Shown here: piece after piece, positions 50,148 to 62,734 of the stretch
How positions within the stretch are numbered: position 1 is the first letter of the stretch
Layout: each line of letters opens with the position of its first letter
Assembly (NCBI GenBank): GCA_004022145.1
Contig: RCNU01000001.1
Length of the DNA: 64,000 nucleotides
Strand: one strand, 5' to 3'
Source: Paecilomyces variotii
Lineage: Eukaryota
Made by a program: the position numbers and the translations under genes
The notes under the pieces: model-generated
Databases searched by the model: none
What the model was told of the DNA's origin: nothing
What the model saw: the letters and a program-made list of their open reading frames with translations, nothing else

Positions 50148-52486
50148 ATGAGTCACGCGCGGAAGCGCTCTTCAGGCGACGATGAAAGGCCGACAACATC
50201 TCAGCAAGTCCAGTTGCAATATTCAACCCGCAACAATCCATCATGTATCATTTGCCATAGGCGCAAAGTCCGCTGTGATCGGAAAGTTCCATGCACAAGG
50301 TGTTCACTGGCAGGTTGGACATGCGTTTATCCCAGTCCCGAACGGGATACAACTCGAAAACCTCCACCTTTACAGGATATTTCGGAACGATTAGCAAGAC
50401 TGGAAACCCTTCTTCTGAACTTCTTGGATAAGTCTGTTTCTCACGATGACCCACGCCCACCGAGAGAAAAACGACAAAGAGTTACAGGACCAAATCTCGC
50501 GGCAAGCGTACGCCAGGAAAATTCCCGTCCGTGGGAGTTCTTGCTTGAGGATGGACACCGGGTTCAATATGTCAGCAATTCCAATCTGCTGGAACCGTTG
50601 GAAGATGTATAATACAATAATACCTGACTCGGGATATATGGATCGATCGAATCTAACCGTTGCGCTAGGAAGCTCGTGTGAAGTCTCCAGCAGTACCTCT
50701 CTCTAACGCGGACGCATCATCTCCTAGAACTAATCTCAATTTGAATCTGGGGGTATCTACTCAAGTTCCAAGTATTTATGCAGACATCACGCAATTTTAC
50801 CCTGATGTCACACTCGCCTTGCGGTTATGGACAGTGTATGTCAACAACGTGGATCCTGTCCTCAAAATCCTCCATATACCCACCACACAGTCGGCAATGG
50901 TGGCAACAATTGCAGATACAAAATCTGCGAGTCCCACCATGATAGCATTATCATTCGCGATATACTTTGCAGCAGTTACAACCTTGACAGATAAGGAAAT
51001 ATCAGAGTTGTCTTCGAACGATCGACAGACCCTTCTTTACCAATACAAAACTGGCCTCAATCAGGCCGTTATCAAAGCAGACTACTTGAATAAACCGGAC
51101 TTGCAAACGTTGCAAGCACTCGTGATATACATTGTAAGCTGCACTAGACATCATTGTTTCCGTGCCGTTATTAAACGATATCTTCCTTGACAGACTTGCC
51201 TCCGCATCCATGATATCTCCCGCTCGGTATGGGTCCTCGTCGGTATAGTCATTCGCTTGGCGCAATCGATTGGGATCCATCGTGACGGGGCAGATCTGAA
51301 ACTCACGCCATTTGAAGCGGAGCTTCGCATACGATTATGGTGGCATATTTGTCTACTTGACTCCCGCTCACCGGAAGATCATGGGTATGCGCTTACGGTA
51401 GATATACTGAACCAGGACATTAGAGCTCCTCTCAATGTCGACGATAACCAATTATTCCCTTGCATGCAATCGCTCCCGGTTGAATCGACTTCTTGGACAG
51501 AGAACACCTTTTCTCTAGTCAAGATCGAAGCAGTCAGGCTCCTGCGTCCCGTCCTCGAAACGGGAGAACAGAACGCCGATACCATTCTTGCCGACATCGA
51601 AGCGAAACGAAAACTAATGAGCAGTCACGGTAAATGGATCCATGAAAAGTTTCTATCCAAGGCTATCCCATCAATTCCTTTACATAAATCCGCATGCGTC
51701 CATTATGACAGCGCATGGGCCAAGATGGAATTCATGCTACAACTTCGTGAAGAAATGTATCTATGGGGCCAGAAGAAACAACCATCAGACTGGCGACGAG
51801 ATCCTGTGAAATCAGCCTTCCACATAGCGTGCCGAACCCTCGAGGTCAGTTGTTCTCTGATCAGCGGGGACATGTCGGATCGTTTCATGTGGTTATTCCA
51901 CACGCACACCCAATGGTATGCGCTAGCATATGTCCTGCGCTGTCTCAATGTCTATGGACAATCATCGGAGATGACCAGCGTCTGGGCTCTTGTCGACAAG
52001 TCTTTCAAGGCTATATCCACTTTCCGAAATCCTTCTAGCGACTTACCGGCTCCTGGCAGTAGTGAAGGAGGTAGCATTTGGCGTTGCGTGTTGTCTCTTC
52101 GACAGCAGGCATTACGTCTGAGGAACGATCACCAAGGAACGCTGAATGACGAGGAAACTGCCTCCTCTATGGGTTGTTCATCGACGATGAACGGAGAAAT
52201 GACTAACCACTTCGTACCCAAGGGCCAATCATCACAGGGTACTGAAGCTTCTGTGGAACCGCATATTCCTCAAAACTCTCGTCAAGCTGCTGCTTCAGTG
52301 AATCTGGATGCATCCGCCGAGATGATGAATCTTCCTTCTTCAAGAGCAGTGCTACCTTCAGAATCCGAGCTTGAAAAATACGATCCGGCCTCTTTGTTCA
52401 CCTCCACACAGGCCCCGGAACTGTTTGCGTTACCTGAGTGGAATGACTTTATAAATGGGAATCTCGACTTTCTCAATACGTCATAG
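50148..52486 (+). CDS. Zn(II)2Cys6 transcription factor with Fungal_trans domain; introns 50607-50668, 51134-51193
   Basis: SCIICHRRKVRCDRKVPCTRCSLAGWTCVYP; Y..NVDPVLKILHIPT; W.LVG..IRLAQSIGIHRDG..L.LTPFEAELR.RLWW..C.LD.R..ED. Confidence 0.92.
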
Positions 52487-53348
52487 AGAGGTTGCAAATA
52501 GCAATATACCAGAAATACAATGTAAACACAAACAATCAAACCAATTAAATTACCAAGCTGGTCTTGTACTCCCCCTTATTAGGAGGAATGGTATGTCTAC
52601 TGGCGTCAGCAAGAGTAGATATATGCTATCTTTAGAAGGTTCTATTGATCTTTCCGCTAATAACTCAGTACATACTGCCATGAACATGCAAATTCCTTCA
52701 GCCCACTACCTCTCTACATGAGAAAGGATAAGCACAAAGCTAGCAAAAGTACAAAAAATAGAAAAATACCTGAGTGAGTTTGTTTGTTTGTTTCCATTCG
52801 AATTCAGGAATAATAAAGATACCACGAATAAAACACATGAGAGAATCAGAGCTAAGAAATACACCAAGACGAAATGAAGAAGTTGCCCCACGCATCGTGT
52901 GACTGACATGGATGCAAATATCAGTTATACTCCGTATGTGGTCTTCGCTAAGAACCAGATTATGTCCATATGTCCGTATGTCCATGCATGATATGCATAA
53001 TAAGCCAAGATGCAGAACGCGAGATTCAGAGCAAGAGGGAAAAGAAGTATAATGGTGAAACACAACGAAGAGACATAAGAGCCTGGAAAAACTGAACCGA
53101 GTTTCTCCTCTGTCGATAAGTAATTAATGGTAAGAGGGGTCACTGTGAATTCGACCTCGACGCAGGTCCAGCCGGAGTCGAGACCGACCGCTAGAGCGAA
53201 AGGCTCGTAGGACATTGCTAATTGTGACCAGTATTTATAGAGTCGCACGTCGCCCAATCTTCTTTTTCTGGCCGTTATTCGGAAACGCCATGAACGGAGG
53301 AGCTCATCAAGAAACTTAAGGAACTGATAGATATCCTGAGCGGTTCCA

Positions 53349-53813
53349 TCAGAAGATCCATCCCAGCACGATCCACGCGCCGACTCCAGCACCAGCGACG
53401 ATACCGGCCACCTTCATCACGGCGACCTTGTCACCCTGTCGCGCCATACGGGTCAAGCGGCTCGCGCTACCTCTGATATTTGTGGAAAAGGAGGAGAAGA
53501 CTTCGCTCTATTGGGACAAATAACTATTCGTTAGCAACGGATCACGCGACCATAGAGGAGCCTGTATTGCCGGGATAACACGAACAGTATTATCGATAGT
53601 CTGCTGGTCTCGAGCATTGTCATAGATATCTATCGTGACGGACTTGAGGGCAGAAGTTTTTGAAGCCAGGGAGTCGAGAAGGGCGTTGTTTTGCCTGTTT
53701 CACGTTGCACACGACAGTTAGACAAATGGACATACAACACCCTGAGTATTAGAGTATTAGTTGTTGACTGATATTGAATTTCCATACCGTTCTCTCTCGT
53801 AGGCTTCGCTCAT
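53349..53813 (-). CDS. SFT1: Golgi Qc-SNARE, Sft1-like (97 aa); introns 53695-53787, 53508-53585 (not in the ORF track)
   Basis: Spliced MSEAYERER|QNNALLDSLASKTSALKSVTIDIYDNARDQQTIDNT|SEVFSSFSTNIRGSASRLTRMARQGDKVAVMKVAGIVAGAGVGAWIVLGWIF: SNARE heptads plus a C-terminal transmembrane anchor. Confidence 0.88.
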
Positions 53814-54740
53814 TTTGGCAGGCTGGTTGTGCTGGGTCCTTGGCCAGCAGGTCGATTATTCGATGATGTATGTATGTACCTCCTTTCGGCTTCTTATCGC
53901 GCGGATATGTCCAGGAGATAGAACGCGGGAAACACACAGTTGAGAGCGAGTAAGATTGTTTATCGCAAATCAAATGAGTCGGGAAGGGAAGTCAGAGGTA
54001 ACTTCTGAGACGGCGACGGCGAGATAAAGTACGGATTGCGATGTCACTGCCAACCCCAGAGCCGCTCCGCCTCCCACGGGCTGGACCACGCACGACCCAC
54101 GGTCACATGACGACTGGCGGCCCGTGAGATAGAGCCGGAAATGGAAATACCGTAGATAGATGGATGAATTAATATAGATTTACTCTGAAAACCCCCAGAT
54201 GAGAGAAAGTCAGATCGTCCGAATTTGCAGACCTCTTATTCAATACTTGGTTCGCAAACCAGTGCTCAACTAGAGCAACCGAGAGAGATTAAGTACAAAA
54301 CAGTATGGCAGTTAAACCGTAGCAGTCATCACGGAGTACAGGCGTTAGTTCGAGAAGGTGCAGGGCGCGAGATAAACCAAGAGATAGTGAGGCCAAAAGG
54401 AGACTATAGAAACGAAACCCCAGACGCTATGCCAAGGACACCAGGCGCGCGAGCAGAAAAAGCTAATCAGCAGAACAATACATCGTACCTAAGCATGAGG
54501 CAGCTGGGCATAATAGTCAATGATGACAGGGAGCTGAAAAGACGTGGAAGGAGTGCACGGCATTTGCCACCGCGTTTTCCACGCTCAGTATGTAATGATA
54601 TGTATCCATAGCCAGGGAAGAATCCCACCATCAGTGTACAAAGTCTATGCACGGCCAAGATCGATGAACACAAAGGGTATCCTCAAGTGCACCCATAAGA
54701 AACCAACTGTAGCGAGAAAGGTGGGCAGTCGAGAGACTGG

Positions 54741-57613
54741 CTACCACATATCATCATCGTCATCCAGCTGTGGATCGTCCACAATGTCCGCATATTGCTG
54801 GTGATGTCCAGGGCCATATGTGGCTCCGCTGTCGTAACCATGTTTGGCGCCTCTCGACTGCTGTCGATAGGGGTCATGTCGGTCGTCATCGTCATAATCA
54901 TACATCTCAGACTCATCGTACGAGTTGTCCCCGTACTGTTGCTGCTGTGATCTCGTCAGAAATCTAATTTACCCCTGGAAACAAAACACGGATTTCGTGA
55001 ACTTACCTCCTGATATCTCTGGTACTGGGAGTATTCTTCTGGCTGTTGTTGCTGCTGCTGCTGCTGTTGCTCCTGCTCCCTGCTCTTCTGCTGCCTCTGG
55101 GCGGGGGATGTCGGGAGCATCATCTGCGGGTGCATCTGCTGTACCTTTGCCAGGTAAGAATACATGAAGTTGCTGAGAAGTACCTGAGAGTATAGCTCCC
55201 GTCGTGGGTTCGCGAGTTTGATGTGTGCCATCCTATATATCGCACGCTCTTCGAGAATCGAGAACCGGGACCAGTTGTAATCTATATCGGGACGAAGCTC
55301 TCGCACAGGAGGATCCGGTGAGATGTGGCGCGATGCACTCTTCTTGTGGGTGCTGTCACCGCTGTTTTTCTTTTTGCCTCCTCCGAATATGGAAGAGAAA
55401 AGACCCGACTCTTTCTCCTTCTTGGAATCCCCGGACGTTTTCCGGATACTCTCTTTCCTACGTTCTTCCTCCAATCTCGGATCCGGACGTTCCAAGACAA
55501 GACTTTCCCTCCGTTGCGTTGTTTCAGCAGGTGTCTCGGGAATCTCAACAAGCACGGGCTCCTGAGGTTTCTCCGAGACGGGCGACAGCTTCGTTTTCGA
55601 CTTCTTCGAATCACTGTCCTTTTCCTTCTTCTTGTCCTTGTCCTTCTCTTTGTCTTCGTGTCCGAGTAACCAATGCCAGCTTGACTTGCGGTTGCCCTCT
55701 GAATCCTTTTTATCCTTAGACTTCTTGCCTTCTGGCTTTTCGGGCTTCTTCTCTTCGGGCATCGTCGGAATGAATGACAAAGTGTCCGTTCGGGTACTGT
55801 TTCCGGGCAAAGACGCCGGGTTCGCAACTAAATCATTCATCGTCTGTGTGTTATCCTTTGTTGACGCAGGTTGTCTCGTAAGAGGCGGTCGCTTGTGCCT
55901 TGAGCCAGGTTGTTCATGAATAGGGGGCACCTGGGCCATCACGCCTGGCTTGTTACCTCGAGAAGTTGAACGTGCCGGTATCTCTGCAGGGGGTATACTA
56001 GAACCCGCTGTCCTGTTCTCCTCCTGGAGGGGCGGTTCTACGCCGTGGGGCGTTTTTCGGGATGATGGAGGGACATCCAACGTGGAGCGACCGTTCGAAC
56101 TGATACGCGACTGCCATTGCCGTGTTTCTGATGTCTCCGTCTTATCGCCAGCGTCTTTCTGTCCAGGCAGGGCACCAGGTGCGGCATTCCGTGCAGTCTC
56201 TTCCTCGTCCAGATTCCTACCATTCAGTCGTGGTCCAGGATCTGTAAGCACCCGATTTATTCCTGGGGTTGGAGGAGAATCATTCGAGGTTCTTCCAGTT
56301 GGCAGCGCTCCGTCGGTATTTTCTGTGGCCTTGCCTAGCCGCTTCGAATAAGGAGGTCGCTCTCCCTTTTTCAAACTGCCCTTCCTATACTGCGTCCGGG
56401 TGGACCTTCTCAGACTTGACCCAGGAGGCGCGGGAGGTAAAATGGGCCGGTCTTCGGTTGCGGATATGTCCAATGTCTGGACACCCCGCAGAAGCGACGC
56501 CGCACCCTTGTTCACATTATTTGAATCGTCCACCAGGACCTCCAGATCATGGAGGTTAGGATTCAAAGATTCCTGCTTGCCCTGCTCTGACTGAGACCGT
56601 TTGCGCTCCAATCGTTCCGCTCCATCCGTGTAGCCGCTGGAATTGTCTATTTGCCTCGAAAGCATCGAACGTTTCCGCCGTAGACCGCCGCCGTTTGATA
56701 CTTGCCTCTCAACACTCAACCCTCCAGAGGAAAACTCTCCTGATCTCCGCTTGATCTGCTCTGTCTTGCTCTCAAGAAACGATTTGAACTCCTTCGGAGC
56801 CAGCTCGGGATGTAACCGCGCAGGTACCCAGAACAATCGCGATGCGTCATCTTCATCCGCCGAGGGCGCTGACGGTACGACTAGATTCGAGCCAAAAGAG
56901 GGGAGATCAGGGTCACCGGTAGCCGTTACATCCATAGACATACGTCTAATGGCCGCTAGATTGCTAAGCTCCTGGGCCACAGCCGCAGGATCGGATTCAT
57001 AGTCGACATCATTGAGAGGAAAGGACGTTGTGGCTGTTTCGGACGGCGTGCGATTCGTTCGCGGAGAGGACGGGCCATCCCCACGATCGGGCGAGCTGGA
57101 GCCATTTGCTGATACTCGCGACTGACCATTGGTCCTCTGTTGGTGCTGTTGTTCGTATGAATTTGGTGAAAGCGAATCTGATCCTCTTGAGCTTGGCGAG
57201 GCTGTAGATATGGTTTCACTCAGCGGCGATGATATATAGCTTAGGCGTCTGGAGTCCCTCTTATTATCGTAGTCATCGTCATACATATAGCCAATCGCTT
57301 CCGTAACATGGTGACTCTCATCGCTTATCGACAAGTGTGGGACATGTCTCCTCGTCGCGTATCCTCCGCCAGCCTCTTCCGGGCTCGTTGAGGCCTAAAA
57401 TGAACGGTTGAAGTCAGTAATAAATCGCAGATAGCAGCGTCAATTTAAAGTCGGGTCCCGCAGGCGGGTTGCAGCATCCATCTCGCGACACGATCTCTGC
57501 CGGGACTGGGCCGGAGAAAAAGCAATCCAGATCCCTCCATACTGCTGGATCCAACCGGACTAGGCACAGATCACGAAAAATAATATCGACCAGGAAAATG
57601 AACACACCTGCAT
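54741..57613 (-). CDS. zds1: Zds1-family PP2A-Cdc55 regulator; introns 57395-57607, 54945-55006
   Basis: LFWVPARLHPELAPKEFKSFL, LRRKRSMLSRQ, LRRSTRTQYRK, and Zds_C domain RFSILEERAIYRMAHIKLANPRRELYSQVLLSNFMYSYL. The first coding exon (ATGCAG) is inferred. Confidence 0.9.
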
Positions 57614-60498
57614 GTGAAAAGGCTCGATGTTGTCCGAGCAGACGACAAAGGTTCCCTAGGAACAGGCCGGGGGATAATCGCTACGGGGTTGCTGCACCGC
57701 CTGCGCCGGAAGACAGCCAGGAAGAAAGGTCATCGAAGCGAGGCACAAGAGCAGAAGGGCGTGCACATTCGAAAGAGTCAACGAGGCGACAGACAGGGGG
57801 GGTACCAGTGAAGACTAGATACGGTACATCCAGATGAAACAATATGAACTCCGGGCAGGGAGGACGAGAGAGTAGTTAGTAGTAGTGTAGGTCTGAGGGT
57901 GGCAGAATGAAGTGGAGTTGCGGTTGGAGATGCGCAGGTGAGTTTGAGCGGCGCGGGTGCAAGAGCAGCTGGTGCTGCACAACCTGTACAAAGTAACGTT
58001 AGAGCAAGTTCAATGTACAACTTGCCGTCAGTGACAGCGAAATAATTCTTCAACAAGCTGCTCTGCTCTGCTATGCTATTCCGATCGCACTGCTTCTTCA
58101 TCTACAAAGGTCCTCCCCCGTGCTGGACAACCAAGATCTCTCCATCCCCCGCTCGGAAGCCTCCGGTGAGCTTCCAGCCTTGCATGGAAAAAATCCACCA
58201 TGCTTCGGCGTCTCTGGTTCCCCGGAAAGCAAAGGGAAGGCCTTGATCAGACTTGCATACGCTGGAAAACGCGCATAGCCGGTGAGATTCAACGCGCCAG
58301 ATCCCCATCCCCGAGAGTCTACTCTCTACCTATCCTCAGATAATCCTACCCCTGCCATACCGTCAAAATCGACACCATCTTACCCACGGGAACAGGACAG
58401 ACTACTACTCTGCGCTTGCAATTGGGCCTGATCTCCGTATGGGAGCGGACAAGGAGAAAGTTGCACGTGGCGTACCTCTCCCAACCGTCCCAAGGAATGT
58501 GAGTGCTAACCGTCAAGCCTCCGCATTCTTAACTAGAGTCTTGATGACCTACGCTGACCTTTTTTTTTTTCGACACAACTGGAGCATAAGAGAAGGGGGG
58601 AGGGAAAAGCCACACTCTAAATCGGGCAGACAATTGGAAGGGCCTGTTCCTTTTTTTGGCTCTCATCAGCAGCCCAAAGTCAGGCGCTGTCGTAGTAGTT
58701 GTTCCCCTTTTACCAACAGACCCCAGATTGTGGTCTACCAATCGACATACCACAGAGGGCGCTTACTAGACCCCTACCCGGTTGAAGACCAATCCGCCTG
58801 ACCCTTTCCTTTTATCAGGGGCCTGGAAAGGACAGCAAAAGCTAGCTGATCCTGCCCGAATGACAGGAAGGTAGGAATGGACTGCGTTTTCTATGAATCA
58901 TACAAGAGTCATGGTGGATACAGTCATGACATACATATCGACAAGACAAAATACCAGATTGTAGCAGCAACAAGAAGAGCACACGGCATACACAGTCTCT
59001 CTGGTTGTGCCAGGGAAGTAATCCACATTATCTAACCTCGCGCAAGGACAACAAAAAGGGCAAAAAAGAAACAGAAACAGAAAAAGGCGCGTAATCGTCG
59101 CGCGCAGCGTCCATATTCTCGGCTCCTATGATCTAGTAAACAAACACTAACAGAATTATGTCTTTTTCCAGACTAGTTATATTGAAGAAATACTGTTTAA
59201 TTCAGCATGTCTACCATCCTCAATGCATATTTTCATTCTTTTTTTTTTCCCTTTCCCTTTTGCACTGGAGGTCACTGCCATTTAACCCGTTGACGGGTTC
59301 TCGACGGGTTATTTGTATTATGCCTATCTGCTAGTTTCTATCTTTGGCGTCGCCAAGACGCTGATGGGGAATACAGGTCCAAGGGGCCCAGACCATCGAA
59401 ACTTCCATGCTATTCCAATAAAACCCCCATACTGTTAAACTGCTATATTATTTCTAGCGATCCATATCACTCATTATGGATGAACTAATCTCTGAAAAGC
59501 AAGGACCGAGATTTGACCGCCTTTCCCCTTATTTCGCAGTTGAGCAGTCGACATGAGACTGTAGCGCTCCTCGCCACAACAATAGTCGCAGCTCTATAAT
59601 CGTTAGTAGAATAATACAGGAGCCAAGCAGTCTCTTGGCAAGATTGTCTTGGTGCCATTTCGATTGAAAATGGCGTTTCGAGAAAGTAGAAAAGCTAAAA
59701 GGAGAGCTGCTGAAACGCTGGCGGTGTCACGACGTTTGATTCGATAGTCCCCAGTTTCATAAGCTTATCTAAAATTAAGCGATGTTATCGGATAGATCTT
59801 GCATTCCGCTTCATCGTTTCATCGGGGTGAAAAGGTCATTTCAGAAACAATTGAGACTTTTCTAGCCCACAAGAGAGTAGAGCAGCGTCCTATACGGATC
59901 GGGTCTTTGACGACGTAGCCTTTTCTGCTGTCTGTCCAAGTTATCAGACAACTACCGACTTAGATAAAAAAATGATTTCTGCAAGTGAACCCTGAGGATT
60001 GTCAAAGCAACATTCCAATATCCAACTATCCAAAAATTGAGTTTCAATCGACCAAAAGTACTGGCAGAGAAATTTGCATCCAACCAATTCCCGGAATATT
60101 CACAAAATAGGCAAGGCACAGAAAAAAACAAAAAACCCTAGATCTTTGAAGACGAACCATGCAGGCACATACAACAACAGTGTAGAATAGGTGCAAATCA
60201 AGTCAACCGAGTAAATCCAAGCCAAGTTGCGAACTCCAGCGCTCGAATATAGCAGCAGAAGATGCGACGGAACTGGATCGAACGTGGATGCAACAGTGAC
60301 AGCAGAGAGAGCAAGTACCCGCTCTGCGCTATATGTGGGAAGATTTTTTCTTAATTCAGCGTGGAAGAAAGAGCTTCACAAGGATATAGAAACCACTGTT
60401 CCTTGGCCCTTGGTCTTCACATCGTTTTCGGTATAGAGTTCGTTTCAAATCTGTCGCAATGGTATCATTCAATGTGTAAAAAGAAAATTTGGATGCAT

Positions 60499-61937
60499 TC
60501 ACGGAGCATCGATGTAGTTGCTGTTCTCAAAGGTCAGTTGATGGATATTCGATATCCTTAAGAACAAGAACCACTTACGCAGGGAAGATCCCGACTCTGT
60601 CTCCTATCCGTCCGGTCCACCAATCCTCTTTCTTGTCTGTGCGCTTCAGAATGGTGATAATCTCACCTTTCTTGAATCCCAAGTCACCATCCTGATCTGG
60701 CTCAAATGTGTAGAGTGCAACGGCCTGGTCCTTGCGCAGAGCAGACACGTCGCCAGTCCTCTGTCCGAAGACAGGTTTGGGAGCTGTTGGCCGACTCGGT
60801 CTGCGGTCCGAATAGACATAATCCTCCTCATACGGGGTTGTGTTGCTTCTGGCGCGGTGTCCCATGCTGTCAAAGGTCTCCTGCGGGTTCGCACGGGTCG
60901 TGTAGGAACGGTTGATACCACCCACGGCTGGACGGTCATAGATATCGTCGGCCCAAGTATTTGCGCGACGAGGACGGTCGCGGTACTCGTAGTCATTATC
61001 GTACGGCGAGCTGGTGCCTGTGCGATCCCGTCTAACACCTTCACCAAACGCTTCGCCGCGTCGACCTTCCCAAACCACGTCATCATGGCTGTCATCATAG
61101 ATTGGGATGTCGTTGTACATAGAATCACCGTACACCTGGTGCCTGCCAGAGAATGCTCGAGAATTGAGGACACGCAAGAGGGGTTCAGCGGCTGGCGGTG
61201 GCCGAATGGTCCCTGAAAGCAGCTGTCGCGCGGTGACCTTGCTGTTGTATAGTTTTTCGTTGGCATCCTTGCGTTCTACCAGCATACTTCCCTCCAGACT
61301 GACACCAGCGAACAGACCCTTGGTCTTGGAGTACGAGAAGACTGCGGCAACACCTCTCGTGCTCGCCGCACCGGCTGCCTCAGCATTTCGTCCGATAGGA
61401 CCGGCCGCAAGAGAGACATTTCCACCAAGCGTCAGAGTTCCGACCTGGGAGAACGTCCGGACGGCAGCCGCATCGTTCAGGATGAAGACGAAATCTGTCA
61501 GCTCAAACCCGATCTGTCCTCCAAATCCAGCACCAGCAGTCGCAATCGCAGAAGGTGCCGACCATGAGCCATCTGCCAGACGCGCAACGACAACGCCGGA
61601 GCCGAATCGAGCGGAGCCCAGGAACCCCGCCTTCAGAACCGTGAGGATCGCAAGTCCCTGTATGAGAACGATGTCAGAACCAGCAACCGGGAGCTGAAAA
61701 GTCCGCTTCTTCGCTCACCTTTGCTCCCGCGAGAATCTCCGGGGGAATAATCTTATCAGGACCAAATGCCTGTCGTGGGTCTACGAAGGAAGCAAGGATC
61801 TTACCAGCCTTGCGACATTCGCCTGCGAAATGCACGGTTAGCTCAGTGCTCCGGGAATTGCGGGGAAGCGGGAGGGTCTCAGATGGGCACGTACTCCTCA
61901 TAGAAGAGGGCAATGGATTATGAATTCCGAGAGGCAT
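60499..61937 (-). CDS. YSC84: Ysc84/Lsb3-family SYLF + SH3 actin-patch protein; introns 61823-61894, 61658-61718, 60521-60578
   Basis: GIHNPLPSSMRSECRKAGKILASFVDP, GLAILTVLKAGFLGSARFGSGVVVARLADGSWSAPSAI, and SH3 ALYTF..Q.GDLGFKKGE.I..WWTG..GIFPANY. Confidence 0.94.
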
Positions 61938-62734
61938 CCTGAACGTACTCGACCAGCACGAGGGGGAGAGGTCGACAGTTGGACAGCACGAATGGGGTCG
62001 AAAGGAAGAACAGGCGCAATAATGGAGTCAGCTCGACTGACAACCGGATGTGGGCCTGTGACGGCTGGATGCGGCTCTGGATATGGCGAGCAGCAGTTCG
62101 GTGCTGGGTTGACCACCACGAGGGAATAATAAATAATAATACGAACAGGGTCTATAAACTGTCAAACTGCTCTATCAGTTGACAAGACAAGAGAGGAACT
62201 GCCACAAGCGAGCGCAAGTCGTTATTATGCTGGGCTGCGTTATCTTCAGGGTCCCTCATGGAAGAGTACGGAACGGCCTTACTTAGCAGCTGAACAGCCG
62301 CCGGAGCGAAGCTAGTTAGCCCCGGAGTCGTCATCTGCAGCGGAGTATTCGCTTCTCGAGTCGATGAGTTGGAGGAGAAAATGGGTAATTAATAGATTCA
62401 ACATTCTACGCTCTGTATTTACTCTATAATAATTGAAGATCCGCATTTACTGTTCAAAACTGTGTAGGATCAAGCACGTTCGTGGCTGTAGATACATAGC
62501 TGCTTTCACGTTGTCTGAGGCCACAAGGCTGACCCCGACCGGCGGCATGTTGTTCCGCCTGGAGATCGTTTCGGCAGCTCATCGGGGTCACTGAGGCAAA
62601 CCGATATCATTATTATTTTGTTGATTGCCAGCCTCTGTTCGCGGTTCTGGTCCGACCGCTGCCTTTGCATTATTGATCATGTCCTGGCGGTAGTCCCGAA
62701 GTGAGCTGTGTCGTCGCCTCATTGTCACTTAAAG

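Noticed and set aside
52925..53392. 155-aa ORF with a hydrophobic tail
   Set aside because: Out-of-frame overlap with the Sft1 last exon and its 3' UTR.
60646..61697. 206-aa and 196-aa ORFs overlapping YSC84
   Set aside because: Alternative-frame and antisense shadows of a GC-rich coding region.
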